The notes below the pieces were generated by a model, which saw nothing but the letters and a program-made list of their open reading frames with translations, made no database searches and had not been told where the DNA came from. Below are positions 41,352 through 53,447 of a stretch of DNA of 64,000 nt, piece by piece (position 1 is the first letter of the stretch; every line of letters starts with the position of its first letter). Source of the DNA: Pseudomonadota bacterium (GTDB lineage Bacteria; Pseudomonadota; Gammaproteobacteria; Steroidobacterales; Steroidobacteraceae); contig JAJXYR010000044.1 of assembly GCA_021780475.1 (NCBI GenBank), forward strand, positions 2,722 to 66,721. The letters run 5' to 3'. A program made the position numbers and the translations under genes.

Positions 41352-41476
41352 CAGTGCCGGCTGCGGTAAATCGTCAAGGCGATATACCCGAAATAAAGGA
41401 CGAGCACGATTGCGAGCAGCGCGAACGTCGTCGCGCGCACCCGCCGCCCGACCTCCGGTTTCGGGTTCGCGCTCAA
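41351..41476 (-). CDS. possible small cytochrome-oxidase-associated membrane protein (41 codons, TTG start)
   Basis: Not separately listed in the ORF track. The frame reads (M)SANPKPEVGRRVRATTFALLAIVLVLYFGYIALTIYRSRH: a basic patch plus one TM helix. TTG overlaps the coxA stop (TTGA) and its stop overlaps the ctaG start (ATGA). Confidence 0.4.
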   Translation of the reverse strand: MSANPKPEVGRRVRATTFALLAIVLVLYFGYIALTIYRSRH

Positions 41477-43059
41477 TGCACTTCCGGTGCGGTGGTGAAG
41501 CTGTGGTACGGCGCCGGCGACGGAATCGTCCACTCGAGCCCGGTCGGCGCCGCGTCGTTCCAGACCATGGCGCTTGCCTTGCGGCCGCCGCGCACGCACT
41601 GGATGATCGCGATCGCGAACAGGATCTGCGAAAGTCCGAACCCGAATCCGCCGATCGACGAAACCATGTTCCAGTCGGTGAACTGAACGGCGTAGTCCGG
41701 AATCCGGCGCGGCATGCCCGCGAGGCCGAGGAAGTGCTGCGGGAAGAACAGAACGTTGACGAAAATCGTCGACAGCCAGAAATGCGTCTTCGCCAGCGTC
41801 ATGTTGTACATGTGGCCGGTCCATTTCGGGATCCAGTAGTAGACGGCGCCCATGATCGCGAACACCGCGCCCGGGACCAGGACGTAGTGGAAATGCGCCA
41901 CCACGAAGTAGGTCTGGTTGTACTGGAAGTCGGCGGGCACCATCGCCAGCATCACGCCGGAGAAGCCGCCGATCGTGAACATGAACAGGAAGCCGAGCGC
42001 GAACAGCATCGGCGGCTCGAACGACAGGGAGCCGCGCCACATGGTCGCTGTCCAGTTGAACACCTTCACGCCCGTCGGCACCGCGATCAGCATCGTCGAC
42101 AACATGAAGAACATCTCGGCCGACAGCGGCATGCCGTCGACGAACATGTGGTGGCCCCAGACGATGAACGACAGGAAGGCGATCGACGCGGTCGCATAGA
42201 TCATCGAGGTCGCGCCGAAAAGCGGCTTGCGCGAGAACGTCGGAATGATCTCCGAGATGATGCCGAAGGCCGGCAGGATCATGATGTAGACCTCGGGATG
42301 CCCGAAGAACCAGAAGATGTGCTCGAACATCAACGGATCACCGCCGCCCGCGGCGTTGAAGAAGCTGGTGTGGAAGAAATGATCGGTGAGCAGCATCGTC
42401 ACCGCCCCGGCGAGCACCGGCATCACGGCGATCAGCAGGTAGGCGGTGATCAGCCAGGTCCACACGAACAGCGGCATCTTCAGCAGCGTCATGCCGGGCG
42501 CCCGCATGTTCAGAATCGTCACGATCACGTTGATCGCTCCCATGATCGACGAGACGCCCATCAAGTGGACCGCGAAGATCAGCATCGGAAAGCTGTCGCC
42601 GAACTGCAGCACCAGCGGCGGGTACATCGTCCAGCCGCCGGCGGGCGCGCCGCCCGGGACGAACAGCGTGGACAGCAGCAGCGTGAAGGCGAACGGCAGC
42701 AGCCAGAAGCTGAAATTGTTCATGCGCGGCAGCGCCATGTCCGGGGCGCCCACCTGAAGCGGGATCATCCAGTTGGCGAGTCCGACGAACGCCGGCATCA
42801 CCGCGCCGAAGATCATCACGAGCGCGTGCATCGTCGTCATTTCATTGAAGAAACCCGGATCGACGAACTGCAGGCCGGGTTCGAACAGTTCCGCGCGGAT
42901 GACCATGGCCATCGAACCGCCGACGAAAAACATGATCAGGCTGAACACCAGGTACATCGTGCCGATGTCCTTGTGATTCGTCGCGAACAGCCAGCGTTTG
43001 ATGCCGGCGGCCGGTTGAGCGTCGTGGGCGTCGTGGGCGGTGTCGATTGCATGGGCCAT
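41473..43059 (-). CDS. ctaD: cytochrome c oxidase subunit I
   Basis: 528 aa with NHKDIGTMYL, GHPEVYI, VWGHHMF and HFHYVL heme/CuB ligand motifs. Confidence 0.97.
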   Translation of the reverse strand: MAHAIDTAHDAHDAQPAAGIKRWLFATNHKDIGTMYLVFSLIMFFVGGSMAMVIRAELFEPGLQFVDPGFFNEMTTMHALVMIFGAVMPAFVGLANWMIPLQVGAPDMALPRMNNFSFWLLPFAFTLLLSTLFVPGGAPAGGWTMYPPLVLQFGDSFPMLIFAVHLMGVSSIMGAINVIVTILNMRAPGMTLLKMPLFVWTWLITAYLLIAVMPVLAGAVTMLLTDHFFHTSFFNAAGGGDPLMFEHIFWFFGHPEVYIMILPAFGIISEIIPTFSRKPLFGATSMIYATASIAFLSFIVWGHHMFVDGMPLSAEMFFMLSTMLIAVPTGVKVFNWTATMWRGSLSFEPPMLFALGFLFMFTIGGFSGVMLAMVPADFQYNQTYFVVAHFHYVLVPGAVFAIMGAVYYWIPKWTGHMYNMTLAKTHFWLSTIFVNVLFFPQHFLGLAGMPRRIPDYAVQFTDWNMVSSIGGFGFGLSQILFAIAIIQCVRGGRKASAMVWNDAAPTGLEWTIPSPAPYHSFTTAPEVH

Positions 43060-43093
43060 GATGGAAGGACTCTCTGATGAGGAAGTGCGGTAC

Positions 43094-44011
43094 TTAATTC
43101 AATGCTTGGGCGGTCAGGGCGCCGCCGGCGCGACCCACGGACGCCTGCTTCAGCGCGGCCTTCTGCTGCGCGACCCATTCCTTGAAGTCGGCCTGGGTTT
43201 TCACGTCGACGACGATGGGCATGAAACCGTGGTCACGCCCGCACAGGGCCGCGCATTGGCCGCGGTAAACGCCTTCCTTGCCCGGCAGCACCTTGATCCA
43301 CATTTCGTTGATGAAGCCGGGAATCGCCGAACGCTTCATTCCGAAATCCGGCACCCACCAGGCGTGAATGACGTCGGCCGAGGTCAGCAGCAGGCGCACT
43401 TTGACGCCGCTCGGGATGACCAGCGGATGGTCGACGGACAGCAGGTAGTTCGGCACCGTCTTCGGGTCGATACCGGAGTGCAGCTGGCGCGCGAAATTCG
43501 AACTCGCGGACAGCGTCGAGAAGAAACCGATGCCGGCCGCATCGCCCTGGTACTGGTATTGCCATTTCCACTGATAGCCGGTGACGCGGATGGTCAGCCC
43601 GGAACCGCGTGTATCTTCGATTTTCAGCAGCGATTTGGTCGCCGGCACCGCCATGACGACCAGGATCACGACCGGGATGATCGTCCAGATGATCTCGGCC
43701 TTGGTGCTGTGGAGCATCGTCGTGTCGGGCACCGCGCCGCGCGAGTGGCGGAACCGGATCATGGCGACGATCATCGTGCCGAACACGGCTACCGCGATGG
43801 CGACGCAAATCCACAACACCTCCATGTGCAGCGCGTAGATGTCCCGGCTCAGCGCCGTCACGCCGCGCGGCATGTTGATGGTGGTCCACGAACCCGCGCC
43901 GGCGCTGCCCGCGGCCAGGAGGCCGCCGCAGGCTGCGAGTGCCCGGCGGAAGGTGCGGCCGCGCGAGCGGCCCGCGCTGTCGTCTATCGCGGTCAACCTG
44001 TTCACATTCAT
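43094..44011 (-). CDS. coxB: cytochrome c oxidase subunit II
   Basis: 305 aa with two TM helices, YQWKWQY and CuA site DVIHAWWVP..CAALCGRDHGFM. No CxxCH cytochrome c extension. Confidence 0.93.
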   Translation of the reverse strand: MNVNRLTAIDDSAGRSRGRTFRRALAACGGLLAAGSAGAGSWTTINMPRGVTALSRDIYALHMEVLWICVAIAVAVFGTMIVAMIRFRHSRGAVPDTTMLHSTKAEIIWTIIPVVILVVMAVPATKSLLKIEDTRGSGLTIRVTGYQWKWQYQYQGDAAGIGFFSTLSASSNFARQLHSGIDPKTVPNYLLSVDHPLVIPSGVKVRLLLTSADVIHAWWVPDFGMKRSAIPGFINEMWIKVLPGKEGVYRGQCAALCGRDHGFMPIVVDVKTQADFKEWVAQQKAALKQASVGRAGGALTAQALN

Positions 44012-44511
44012 CTCAACGAATCCCCTAGGGTGCTGTCGAATTCAAGCGGCGGCGATTCATTCATGCCGCCGACGATTGCGCGCAAACGCGACGCCAGTTT
44101 GCGCCGCTCGTCCTCTGTGAGGAAAGCGCCCACTTCCATCGCCCGACCACGGCTTTCGATCGTGAGTCGGCTGGTGTGCGGACGCGTATGCGAGTTGCGG
44201 AGTCTAACCTTCGCCCAGTGCCGCGCAAACTCCTCTTTTGTCTCGCCGCGGCGAGACCGGGTCACCAGGCTGACCAGGTCGTCTGTCACCAACAGCGTCT
44301 GTTTGTCGAAACGGCGTTGCAACGCGACCTTCAGCGCGAGTCCCAACGCCAGCATTTCCAAGGCCCAAAACGGCAGCACCGGCCAAAACCCGCGCAGCGC
44401 GCAGGTCAGCGCGACCAGGAGCGACAAGCCGCAGATCGACAGGAAATAGCGCAGAGCCGCCGCAGGATCCAGCGAACAATTCGGCGCGAGTTCAATGCGT
44501 TGCTGCATCAA
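44008..44511 (-). CDS. DUF2244-like integral membrane protein
   Basis: 167 aa with two TM helices, then a PH-like soluble part. Its stop overlaps the coxB start, the usual position of DUF2244 genes upstream of coxB. Confidence 0.7.
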   Translation of the reverse strand: MMQQRIELAPNCSLDPAAALRYFLSICGLSLLVALTCALRGFWPVLPFWALEMLALGLALKVALQRRFDKQTLLVTDDLVSLVTRSRRGETKEEFARHWAKVRLRNSHTRPHTSRLTIESRGRAMEVGAFLTEDERRKLASRLRAIVGGMNESPPLEFDSTLGDSLR

Positions 44512-44571
44512 GCGTTCCGCACATCGTTTTCAACGGGCTTAACTTCGCTATTAGAAGGCAAAAGCAGGTCC

Positions 44572-46142
<1,571 letters not shown>

Positions 46143-46155
46143 GCCGCGCGCCGGT

Positions 46156-47127
46156 TTACGCCGTCGCCGCAACCGGTTCGGGCGCCGGCGCCTGCGCGAC
46201 GAGGTTCAAGCGCGCGAACAGGCGGCGGTCGTGCGCGCAATCCGGATTGCCGGTCGTCAGCAGCTTCTCGCCGTAGAAGATCGAGTTCGCCCCGGCGAGG
46301 AAACACAGCGCCTGCAACTCATCGCTCATGTCGCCGCGGCCCGCGGACAGGCGCACGTGACTGCGCGGCATCAAGATCCTCGCCACGGCGATCGTGCGCA
46401 CGAAATCGAACGGATCGAGTGCTTCGGCCTGCGCGAGCGGCGTGCCCGGGACGCGCACCAGTTGATTGATGGGCACGCTCTCGGGGTGAACCGGCAGGGT
46501 CGCGAGCGTGTGCAGCATCGCCGCCCGGTCCCGCGGCGTCTCGCCCATGCCGACGATGCCGCCGCAGCAGACGTGCATGCCCGCGTCGCGCACCGCCTGC
46601 AGGGTGTCCAGGCGGTCCTCGAAGCTGCGCGTCGAAATGACCTTTTCGTAGTATTCCGGCGAGGTGTCGATGTTGTGATTGTAATAATCGAGCCCCGCGG
46701 TCTTCAGTTCGCGCGCCTGCGCAGCGCTCAGCATGCCGAGCGTCGCGCAGGTCTCGAGGCCAAGCGACTTGACCTGCTCGATCATCTCGACGACCTTGCG
46801 CAGGTCCTTGGGCTTCGGGGACCGGTACGCGGCTCCCATGCAAAAACGCGTCGCGCCGGCACGCTTGGCGGCCGCCGCCCGCTCGACGACGGCCTCGACC
46901 TCGAGCAGCTCGTCGGTCTCGAGCCCGGTGTCGTAGCGCACGCTCTGCGGGCAATAGGCGCAATCCTCGGGACAGGAGCCCGTCTTGATGCTGAGCAAGG
47001 TGCTGACCTGGACGGTGTTCGGCGCCTGATGCCGGCGATGCGCCTGTTGCGCCGCGAACAGCAGGTCCATGAACGGCTGCGCGAACAGCGCCTCGACCTC
47101 CGCCAGGGTCCAATCATGTCGCGTCAT
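46156..47127 (-). CDS. bioB: biotin synthase
   Basis: Radical-SAM CxxxCxxC ([11 protein letters not shown]), YNHNIDTS, and start at [15 protein letters not shown], which is typical of BioB N-termini. Confidence 0.95.
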   Translation of the reverse strand: MTRHDWTLAEVEALFAQPFMDLLFAAQQAHRRHQAPNTVQVSTLLSIKTGSCPEDCAYCPQSVRYDTGLETDELLEVEAVVERAAAAKRAGATRFCMGAAYRSPKPKDLRKVVEMIEQVKSLGLETCATLGMLSAAQARELKTAGLDYYNHNIDTSPEYYEKVISTRSFEDRLDTLQAVRDAGMHVCCGGIVGMGETPRDRAAMLHTLATLPVHPESVPINQLVRVPGTPLAQAEALDPFDFVRTIAVARILMPRSHVRLSAGRGDMSDELQALCFLAGANSIFYGEKLLTTGNPDCAHDRRLFARLNLVAQAPAPEPVAATA

Positions 47128-47200
47128 CACCTGCCCGCCCTTTGAGATTTCGCGCCGCCAGCGACGCCGGACTCGAAGTATTGGTGGGGTCGGGCCGCCA

Positions 47201-47229
47201 GTCAACCAAGGAGGCGTGAATGGGTTGAC
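47201..47229. promoter_or_regulatory. BirA-operator-like inverted repeat upstream of bioB
   Basis: GTCAACC-N15-GGTTGAC, compared with the proteobacterial BirA site TGTAAACC-N14-16-GGTTTACA. It overlaps a candidate -35 TTGACT (47200-47205, minus strand), with 17-nt spacing to AATACT (47177-47182). Confidence 0.5.
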
Positions 47230-47255
47230 GAGCCGCCGCCGGGCGCGGACGGCCG

Positions 47256-48224
47256 TCAGCGGAATTGGTAATTCAGCAGAATGCCGATGAACACGCTCAA
47301 GCCGACGTAGTGGTTGTTCAGGAAAGCCTGAAAACAGGCCTTGGGTTCGCGGCCGCGGATCGACCAGAGCTGCTGCGCGAAGAACAGGGCGGCCGCGCAG
47401 AGTCCCGCCCAGTACCAGCCGCCGAGACCGGCACCGCGTCCGATCAAGGCGAGTGCGAGCAGAGTCATGGCCTGCAGCACCGCGATGATGTGCCGATCCG
47501 AATCGCCGAACAGGATCGCGGTCGAGCGCACGCCGATCTTCAGATCATCGTCCCGGTCGACCATCGCATAGATCGTGTCGTACACCGTCACCCAGAGCAG
47601 ATTGGCGAGGAAGATCAGCCACGCGAGCCGCGGTACATGCCCGGTCTCGGCCGCGAACGCCATCGGGATCCCCCAGCCGAACGACAAGCCCAGGTACAGC
47701 TGCGGCACCGACAGAAAGCGCTTGATGAATGGGTAGGTCACCGCGAGGAAAGCGCCCGCGACCGCGAGCAGCAGCGCCAGGCGGTTCAGGCGCAGCGCCA
47801 GGGTCAGCGCCGTCAGCGAAAGGATCGCGAACAGCACCAGCGCCTCCAGCGTCGACACGCGCCCGGCGGCGAGCGGCCGGTCCTTCGTGCGCGCGACGTG
47901 CGGATCGAAGCCCCGGTCGGCGTAGTCGTTGATGACGCATCCGGCCGATCGCATCAACCAAACACCCGCGACGAAGATCGTGAAGATTCGCGGGTCGGGT
48001 TTGCCGTTCGCGGCGATCCACAGCGACCAGAGGGTCGGCCACAGCAGCAGGTAGGCGCCGATCGGCCGGTCGAGCCGCATCAGCCGCGCGTAGTCCGCGA
48101 GGGTCGCACCGATGCGCGGCAGGGCATCGGTCGTCCAGGGATGGAAACGGATGCGATACACCAACCAGCGCCAGCGCGCGAGCAGCGCCTCTCCCAACTC
48201 ATCGGCCGAGCGCGGCGGACGCAC
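47256..48224 (-). CDS. ubiA: 4-hydroxybenzoate octaprenyltransferase
   Basis: 322 aa with [18 protein letters not shown] and DxxxD-type second motif (YAMVDRDDD). Follows ubiC. Confidence 0.92.
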   Translation of the reverse strand: MRPPRSADELGEALLARWRWLVYRIRFHPWTTDALPRIGATLADYARLMRLDRPIGAYLLLWPTLWSLWIAANGKPDPRIFTIFVAGVWLMRSAGCVINDYADRGFDPHVARTKDRPLAAGRVSTLEALVLFAILSLTALTLALRLNRLALLLAVAGAFLAVTYPFIKRFLSVPQLYLGLSFGWGIPMAFAAETGHVPRLAWLIFLANLLWVTVYDTIYAMVDRDDDLKIGVRSTAILFGDSDRHIIAVLQAMTLLALALIGRGAGLGGWYWAGLCAAALFFAQQLWSIRGREPKACFQAFLNNHYVGLSVFIGILLNYQFR

Positions 48225-48227
48225 GGC

Positions 48228-48782
48228 TTACAGGTCGCCCATTCCGGGCAGGAACAATTCTTGAACGGCGAATGGGGCCTTGCGCAGCCGCAGCCGCGAC
48301 CGTCGCGCCCAGACCCCGGCGTGTCCGGTGTCGCGCAGCGCGCGCGCGGCCAGATCCTCGTCGGCGGGCAACCAGGCGTACTCGTATGCGCTGTACTCGA
48401 CGGCGCAGAGCCCTTCGAGCGTCTCTCCGACCCCGGAATCGCCGAGTTCCGCCAGCCACGGGTGGGCGTCGAGCGTCGAGTCGGGGACGATGACCTGGGT
48501 GATCACCGCGACGCGTTCGACGCAGCACAGGCGCTCCTCGCGAAACAGCCCGGCCGCGTCATCCGTGGGCAGGTAGCGGCGAATCTGCGCGCCGAGCAGG
48601 CCGGTCCACAGGTCGCCAGGCCGCAGTTCGAACCGCGCCCCCCAAGCCGCCCGCAGCCGCCCGGTCAGCAGGCCTTTTCCGATCAGCCACGGCCGCAGTC
48701 GCGAATCGACCGACCATTGACCGAGGCGTTCCGCCGGCAGCCATTCGATTCCATCGCTCGTCCGCATCAACGCCGTGCTCAT
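48228..48782 (-). CDS. ubiC: chorismate pyruvate-lyase
   Basis: 184 aa, immediately upstream of ubiA. UbiC-like LTGRL.. and R..L.....PF.V.E.FLP end (RRSRLRLRKAPFAVQELFLP). Confidence 0.8.
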   Translation of the reverse strand: MSTALMRTSDGIEWLPAERLGQWSVDSRLRPWLIGKGLLTGRLRAAWGARFELRPGDLWTGLLGAQIRRYLPTDDAAGLFREERLCCVERVAVITQVIVPDSTLDAHPWLAELGDSGVGETLEGLCAVEYSAYEYAWLPADEDLAARALRDTGHAGVWARRSRLRLRKAPFAVQELFLPGMGDL

Positions 48783-48791
48783 CGCGGCATT

Positions 48792-50882
48792 CTACCCGAC
48801 CCGACCGTATTGCTCCGCCCCGCCTACCCAGCGGCGGATCAGCCGCTCGACCTGCGACGGCCAGTCGGTCAGCACCGTTTCCGCGGCGATCTGCACCCGC
48901 GGCAGCAGATCCGCGTCACGCAGCAGGTCGGCGACCCGCATTTGCGCCAAGCCCGTCTGCCGCGTGCCGAGCAGCTCCCCCGGACCCCGCAGTTCGAGGT
49001 CGCGGCGCGCCACCTCGAACCCGTCGTTGGTGTCGCGCAGCACCGCGAGCCGCTCGCGCGCGAGCGCCGACAACGGCGCCCGGTACATCAACACGCAGCT
49101 GCTCGCGTGCGCGCCGCGGCCGACGCGCCCGCGCAGCTGGTGCAGCTGGGCGAGCCCCATGCGCTCGGCGTTCTCGATCACCATCAGCGTCGCGTTGGGA
49201 ACGTCGACGCCGACCTCGATCACGGTCGTCGCCACCAGCAATTGAATTTCACCGTCCTTGAAGCGGCGCATGGTGCGCTCCTTCGCGGCCGCCGGCATGC
49301 GCCCGTGCACCAGGCCGACGCTGAGTTCCGGCAAGGCCGCGGCGAGCGCCGCTGCGGTCTCCTCGGCCGCCTGATACGGCATGTCGGCAGATTCGTCGAT
49401 CAACGGACAAACCCAATAGGATTGACGCCCCTCCAGGCAGGCGGTGCGGATGCGCTGGACCACCTCGTGGCGCCGCGTATCGGCGACGACGACGGTGCGG
49501 ACCGGCGTGCGGCCGGGGGGGAGCTCGTCGATGACCGAAACATCGAGGTCGGCGTAGGCGGTCATCGCCAGCGTGCGCGGAATGGGCGTCGCGGTCATGA
49601 TCAATTGATGCGGCCGGCGTCCCGAGGCGGCCCCCTTTTCGCGCAGCGCCAGGCGCTGATGCACGCCGAAGCGATGCTGCTCGTCGACGATGACGAGCGA
49701 CAGCGCCGCGAACTCGACGCCTTCCTGAAAGAGCGCGTGCGTGCCGATCACGAGCGGCGCCTCGCCGCGCTTGACGGCGCCGAGAGCGGCCACGCGCGCC
49801 TTGCCGGTCTGCCGCCCGACCAGCAGCGCCACATCGACTCCGAGCGGCCCGAACCAGCGCCGGAAATTCTGCGCATGCTGATCCGCGAGCAGTTCCGTGG
49901 GCGCCATCAGCGCGACCTGGGCGCCGGTCTCGAGCGCGCGGGTCGCGGCCAGCGCGGCGACCAGCGTCTTGCCGCAGCCGACATCCCCCTGGACGAGCCG
50001 CAACATCGGCTTCGCCAGCGCGAGATCGGCCTCGATCTCGCGCAGCGTGCGAATCTGCGCGCGCGTCGGCTGAAACGGCAGCGCGGCGAGCAGCCGCGCC
50101 TTCATCGCGCCGTCGGCCGTCAGGGGCCATCCCGGCTCTTGCTGCACCCGCCGCCGCAGCAGCTTCAGCGCCAGCTGGTGCGCGAGCAGCTCCTCGAACG
50201 CGAGGCGGCGCTGCGCCGGGTGGCGCCGCTCGAGCAGCGCGTCGATGGGCGCGTCCGGCGGCGGTCGATGCACGTATTCAAGCGCCTCGCGCAGCGACGG
50301 CAGGGACTCCTCGAGGAGCACGGCGGCCGGCAGCAAGTCCTCGACCTCGAGCGAGCTGGTCCGCGCCAGAGCCGCACCGACGAGCTGACGGAGCCGTCCC
50401 TGCGTGATGCCCTCGGTGGCCGGATACACCGGAGTCAGGTGCTCGTCCTGCGGGCTCGGGCCGCGCTCGTCGACGCGACGGTATTCGGGGTGGACGAACT
50501 CGAGCCCGGCGGCCGTGCGCCGCGCCTCGCCGAAACAGCGAACGCGCGCGCCGCGGGCGAGTCCTTGTTGCTGTTGCGGATTGAAATGGAAGAAGCGCAG
50601 CGTCAACGAGCCCGAGCCGTCGGCCACGCGACACAGCAGCTGCCTGCGCCCGCGGAACGCGACCTCCGTGAGCACCACCTCGCCCTCGATCGCGGCGCGC
50701 TGCCCGGCGCGCAGCGCGCCGATGGGCACGATGCGGGTGCGGTCCTCGTACCGCAGCGGCAGGAGGAACAGCAGATCCTGAATCGACTCGATTCCGAGCG
50801 CCCGCAGCCGCTCTGCAAGCGCGTCGCCGACGCCGCGGAGGGCGGTGACCGGCGTCGGCGGGGTCACAGCGCGACGATGCAC
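48792..50882 (-). CDS. recG: ATP-dependent DNA helicase RecG
   Basis: 696 aa with wedge domain, Walker [16 protein letters not shown], and TATPIPRT and [12 protein letters not shown] motifs. GTG start overlaps the ridA 3' end by 19 nt. Confidence 0.93.
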   Translation of the reverse strand: MHRRAVTPPTPVTALRGVGDALAERLRALGIESIQDLLFLLPLRYEDRTRIVPIGALRAGQRAAIEGEVVLTEVAFRGRRQLLCRVADGSGSLTLRFFHFNPQQQQGLARGARVRCFGEARRTAAGLEFVHPEYRRVDERGPSPQDEHLTPVYPATEGITQGRLRQLVGAALARTSSLEVEDLLPAAVLLEESLPSLREALEYVHRPPPDAPIDALLERRHPAQRRLAFEELLAHQLALKLLRRRVQQEPGWPLTADGAMKARLLAALPFQPTRAQIRTLREIEADLALAKPMLRLVQGDVGCGKTLVAALAATRALETGAQVALMAPTELLADQHAQNFRRWFGPLGVDVALLVGRQTGKARVAALGAVKRGEAPLVIGTHALFQEGVEFAALSLVIVDEQHRFGVHQRLALREKGAASGRRPHQLIMTATPIPRTLAMTAYADLDVSVIDELPPGRTPVRTVVVADTRRHEVVQRIRTACLEGRQSYWVCPLIDESADMPYQAAEETAAALAAALPELSVGLVHGRMPAAAKERTMRRFKDGEIQLLVATTVIEVGVDVPNATLMVIENAERMGLAQLHQLRGRVGRGAHASSCVLMYRAPLSALARERLAVLRDTNDGFEVARRDLELRGPGELLGTRQTGLAQMRVADLLRDADLLPRVQIAAETVLTDWPSQVERLIRRWVGGAEQYGRVG

Positions 50883-51244
50883 TCCGCTTCGATCTGGGCG
50901 CCCCGGGGCAGCGCGGCGACGCCGACCGCGGCGCGGGCGGGATAAGGCTCGAGGAAATACTCCGCCATGATCTTGTTCACGAGCGCGAAGTGCGCCAGGT
51001 CGGTCATGTAGATGTTCACCTTGACCACCTGGTCAAGGCTCGCGCCGCCCGCCGTCACGATCGCCTTCAGATTCTCGAATACACGGCGCGTCTGTGCCTC
51101 GATGCCGTCCGAGACCAGCGTCATCGTGATCGGATCGAGCGCGATCTGCCCGGAAATCCACATGGTGTCGCCGACCCGCACCGCCTGCGAATACGTGCCG
51201 ATCGCCGACGGCGCGTTGTCCGTGGAAATGATTTTTCTGCTCAT
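50864..51244 (-). CDS. ridA: RidA family reactive-intermediate deaminase
   Basis: 126 aa with [30 protein letters not shown]; YjgF/L-PSP fold signature. Confidence 0.9.
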   Translation of the reverse strand: MSRKIISTDNAPSAIGTYSQAVRVGDTMWISGQIALDPITMTLVSDGIEAQTRRVFENLKAIVTAGGASLDQVVKVNIYMTDLAHFALVNKIMAEYFLEPYPARAAVGVAALPRGAQIEAECIVAL

Positions 51245-51265
51245 GGCCCCTCGATGTTTCGAAAT

Positions 51266-53422
51266 TCAAGCGAGCGTGCGGTGCACGCGTTGCACGTCCG
51301 GCATGCGCCGGATCGTTCTGATCACACGTGCCAGATGTTTGCGGTCCCGCACCTGCAGCTCGAAGGTGAGCGCCGACGTATCGGCGTCCCGCTCCTCGAG
51401 CGTCACGTGATCGATGTTCGTCTCCGTGTCGGCGATGTTGGAGGCCACCGCGGCGAGGACGCCGACGCGATTGCTGACCTCCAATTGGATCTCCGAGCTG
51501 AACAGGCGCACGCGATCGGCTTCCCACGCGACCGGAAGCCACTTGTCGGGCTGCTTGCGGTACTCCGACAGGTTACCGCAATTCTGGCGGTGGATCACCA
51601 AGCCGCGGCCCATGCTGAGGTAGGCCATGATCGGGTCGTTCGGAATCGGAAAGCAGCAGCGCGCGTACGTGACCAGGAGTCCCTCGGTCCCGGCGATCAT
51701 CAGCGGTCCATGGGCGGCGCCGCCGGACTCGGAGCCGCCCGCGGGCTGCAAACGCCGCGCGACCAGCGGCGCCAGCCGCTCGCCGAGGCCGATCTTCTCG
51801 AACAGATCGTCGGCGTCCCTGAGGTTCAGCTCCTTCACGGCCGAATCGATCTCGGCCTGCGGGATCTTCTTCAGCGTGAGCGAGAATTCCTCGAGGGCCA
51901 GGTTGAGCAGGCGGCGGCCGAGCTCGATCGCGTCGCCGCGCTTCAAATTCTTGAGATATTGCCGGATCGCCGCGCGCGCCTTGGCGGTCACCAGGAAGCT
52001 CGACCACGACGGGTTCGGGGTGGCGCCCTTGGCCGTGATGATCTCCACCGTCTGGCCGTTGCGCAGCGGCGTGCGCAGGGGCACGAGACGGCGGTCGACC
52101 TTGGCGGCGACGCAGCGGTTGCCGACATCGGTGTGGATCGCGTAGGCGAAATCGACGGCTGTCGCCCCGGTCGGCAGCCGCAGAATCTTTCCCTTCGGGG
52201 TGAACACGTAGACCTTGTCGGGGAACAAATCGACCTTGACGCTCTCGAGAAACTCCTCGGAGCTGCCGCCTTCCTGGATCTGCACCAGGCCCGCGAGCCA
52301 CTCGCGGGCCCGGTCATGCTCGATGCCGCCGAACACGTCGCCGCCGGATTTGTATTTCCAGTGCGCCGCGATGCCGGATTCGGCGACCCGGTGCATCTCC
52401 TCGGAGCGGATCTGAACCTCGATCGGGACGCCGTTCGGGCCGAACAGCGTCGTATGCAGCGATTGGTAGCCGTTCACGCGCGGAATCGCGATGTAGTCCT
52501 TGAACCTGCCGGGCATGGGCTTGTAGAGGCCGTGGACCAGGCCGAGCGTGCGGTAACAGGTGTCGGCCGAATCGACGACGATCCGAAAACCATAGACGTC
52601 GACGATCTCGTTCAGCGAAATGCCCTTGGAGCGCATTTTCTTGTAAATGCTGTACAGATGTTTTTCGCGGCCCTCGACGCCGCCGCCGACGCCCGCCTTG
52701 CCGAGTGTGCCCTTGAGCGACTCCGAAATCTTGCCGATGAATTCCTTCTGGTTGCCGCGCGCGCGCTTCACCTCGCGTTCCAGCACCTTGTAGCGGTGCG
52801 GATAGAGCGCACGGAAGCCCAGGTCCTCCAGTTCCAGTTTGACCGCGTACAGGCCCAGCCGCTCGGCGATCGGGGCGTAGATGTCCAGCGTCTCGCGGGC
52901 GATGCGGCGGCGCTTGACCGGCGGCATGACGCCGAGGGTGCGCATGTTGTGCATGCGGTCGGCGAGCTTGACCATGATCACGCGGATGTCGCGCACCATG
53001 GCGAGCAGCATCTTGCGGAAACTCTCGGCTTGCGCCTCCTGCCGGTTCTTGAACTGGATCTGGTCCAGTTTGCTGACGCCGTCGACGAGTTCGGCGACGA
53101 CCTGCCCGAATATCGCCGCGATCTCGGCCTTCGCCGTCGGCGTGTCCTCCATCACATCGTGCAGGATCGCCGCCACCAGCGTGTCGCCGTCGAGATGCAG
53201 ATCGGCGAGGATGCCGGCGACCGCGACCGGGTGGGTTATGTAGGGCTCGCCGGAAACGCGGGTCTGGCCCTGGTGGCGCTCGGCGCCGAATTCGTAGGCT
53301 TCGCGGACCCGCTCGATCTGAGCGGGCGGCAGGTAGGTTTCGAGCTTGTCCAAAAGCTCGCTAATCCCGGTCGAGCGTCTTACGCCGGGGAGAAATCCGA
53401 GTATCGAAGACGCATAGTCCAT
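51266..53422 (-). CDS. spoT: bifunctional (p)ppGpp synthetase/hydrolase SpoT
   Basis: 718 aa from MDYASSIL with an HD hydrolase domain (HPVAVA..LHDVMEDT), RelA/SpoT synthetase domain (YRTLGLVHGLYKP, GYQSLHTT), and TGS and ACT ends. Downstream of rpoZ. The listed 1090-aa ORF is upstream read-through. Confidence 0.93.
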   Translation of the reverse strand: MDYASSILGFLPGVRRSTGISELLDKLETYLPPAQIERVREAYEFGAERHQGQTRVSGEPYITHPVAVAGILADLHLDGDTLVAAILHDVMEDTPTAKAEIAAIFGQVVAELVDGVSKLDQIQFKNRQEAQAESFRKMLLAMVRDIRVIMVKLADRMHNMRTLGVMPPVKRRRIARETLDIYAPIAERLGLYAVKLELEDLGFRALYPHRYKVLEREVKRARGNQKEFIGKISESLKGTLGKAGVGGGVEGREKHLYSIYKKMRSKGISLNEIVDVYGFRIVVDSADTCYRTLGLVHGLYKPMPGRFKDYIAIPRVNGYQSLHTTLFGPNGVPIEVQIRSEEMHRVAESGIAAHWKYKSGGDVFGGIEHDRAREWLAGLVQIQEGGSSEEFLESVKVDLFPDKVYVFTPKGKILRLPTGATAVDFAYAIHTDVGNRCVAAKVDRRLVPLRTPLRNGQTVEIITAKGATPNPSWSSFLVTAKARAAIRQYLKNLKRGDAIELGRRLLNLALEEFSLTLKKIPQAEIDSAVKELNLRDADDLFEKIGLGERLAPLVARRLQPAGGSESGGAAHGPLMIAGTEGLLVTYARCCFPIPNDPIMAYLSMGRGLVIHRQNCGNLSEYRKQPDKWLPVAWEADRVRLFSSEIQLEVSNRVGVLAAVASNIADTETNIDHVTLEERDADTSALTFELQVRDRKHLARVIRTIRRMPDVQRVHRTLA

Positions 53423-53447
53423 CGGACCTTGACTGGTCGGGCCGGGA

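Noticed and set aside
47265-50945. 1226-aa stop-free ORF on the plus strand spanning ubiA, ubiC and recG in antisense
   Set aside because: It lies entirely opposite three genes with clear family motifs. Its composition (Arg/Ala/Gly/Pro-rich, low complexity) is what antisense frames of about 68% GC genes give, because stop codons are AT-rich. No recognisable domain.
50864-51244. ridA sitting between spoT and recG, where E. coli has trmH
   Set aside because: As I recall, a RidA/L-PSP gene directly after spoT is the normal arrangement in pseudomonads and other non-enteric gammaproteobacteria. It is not unusual.
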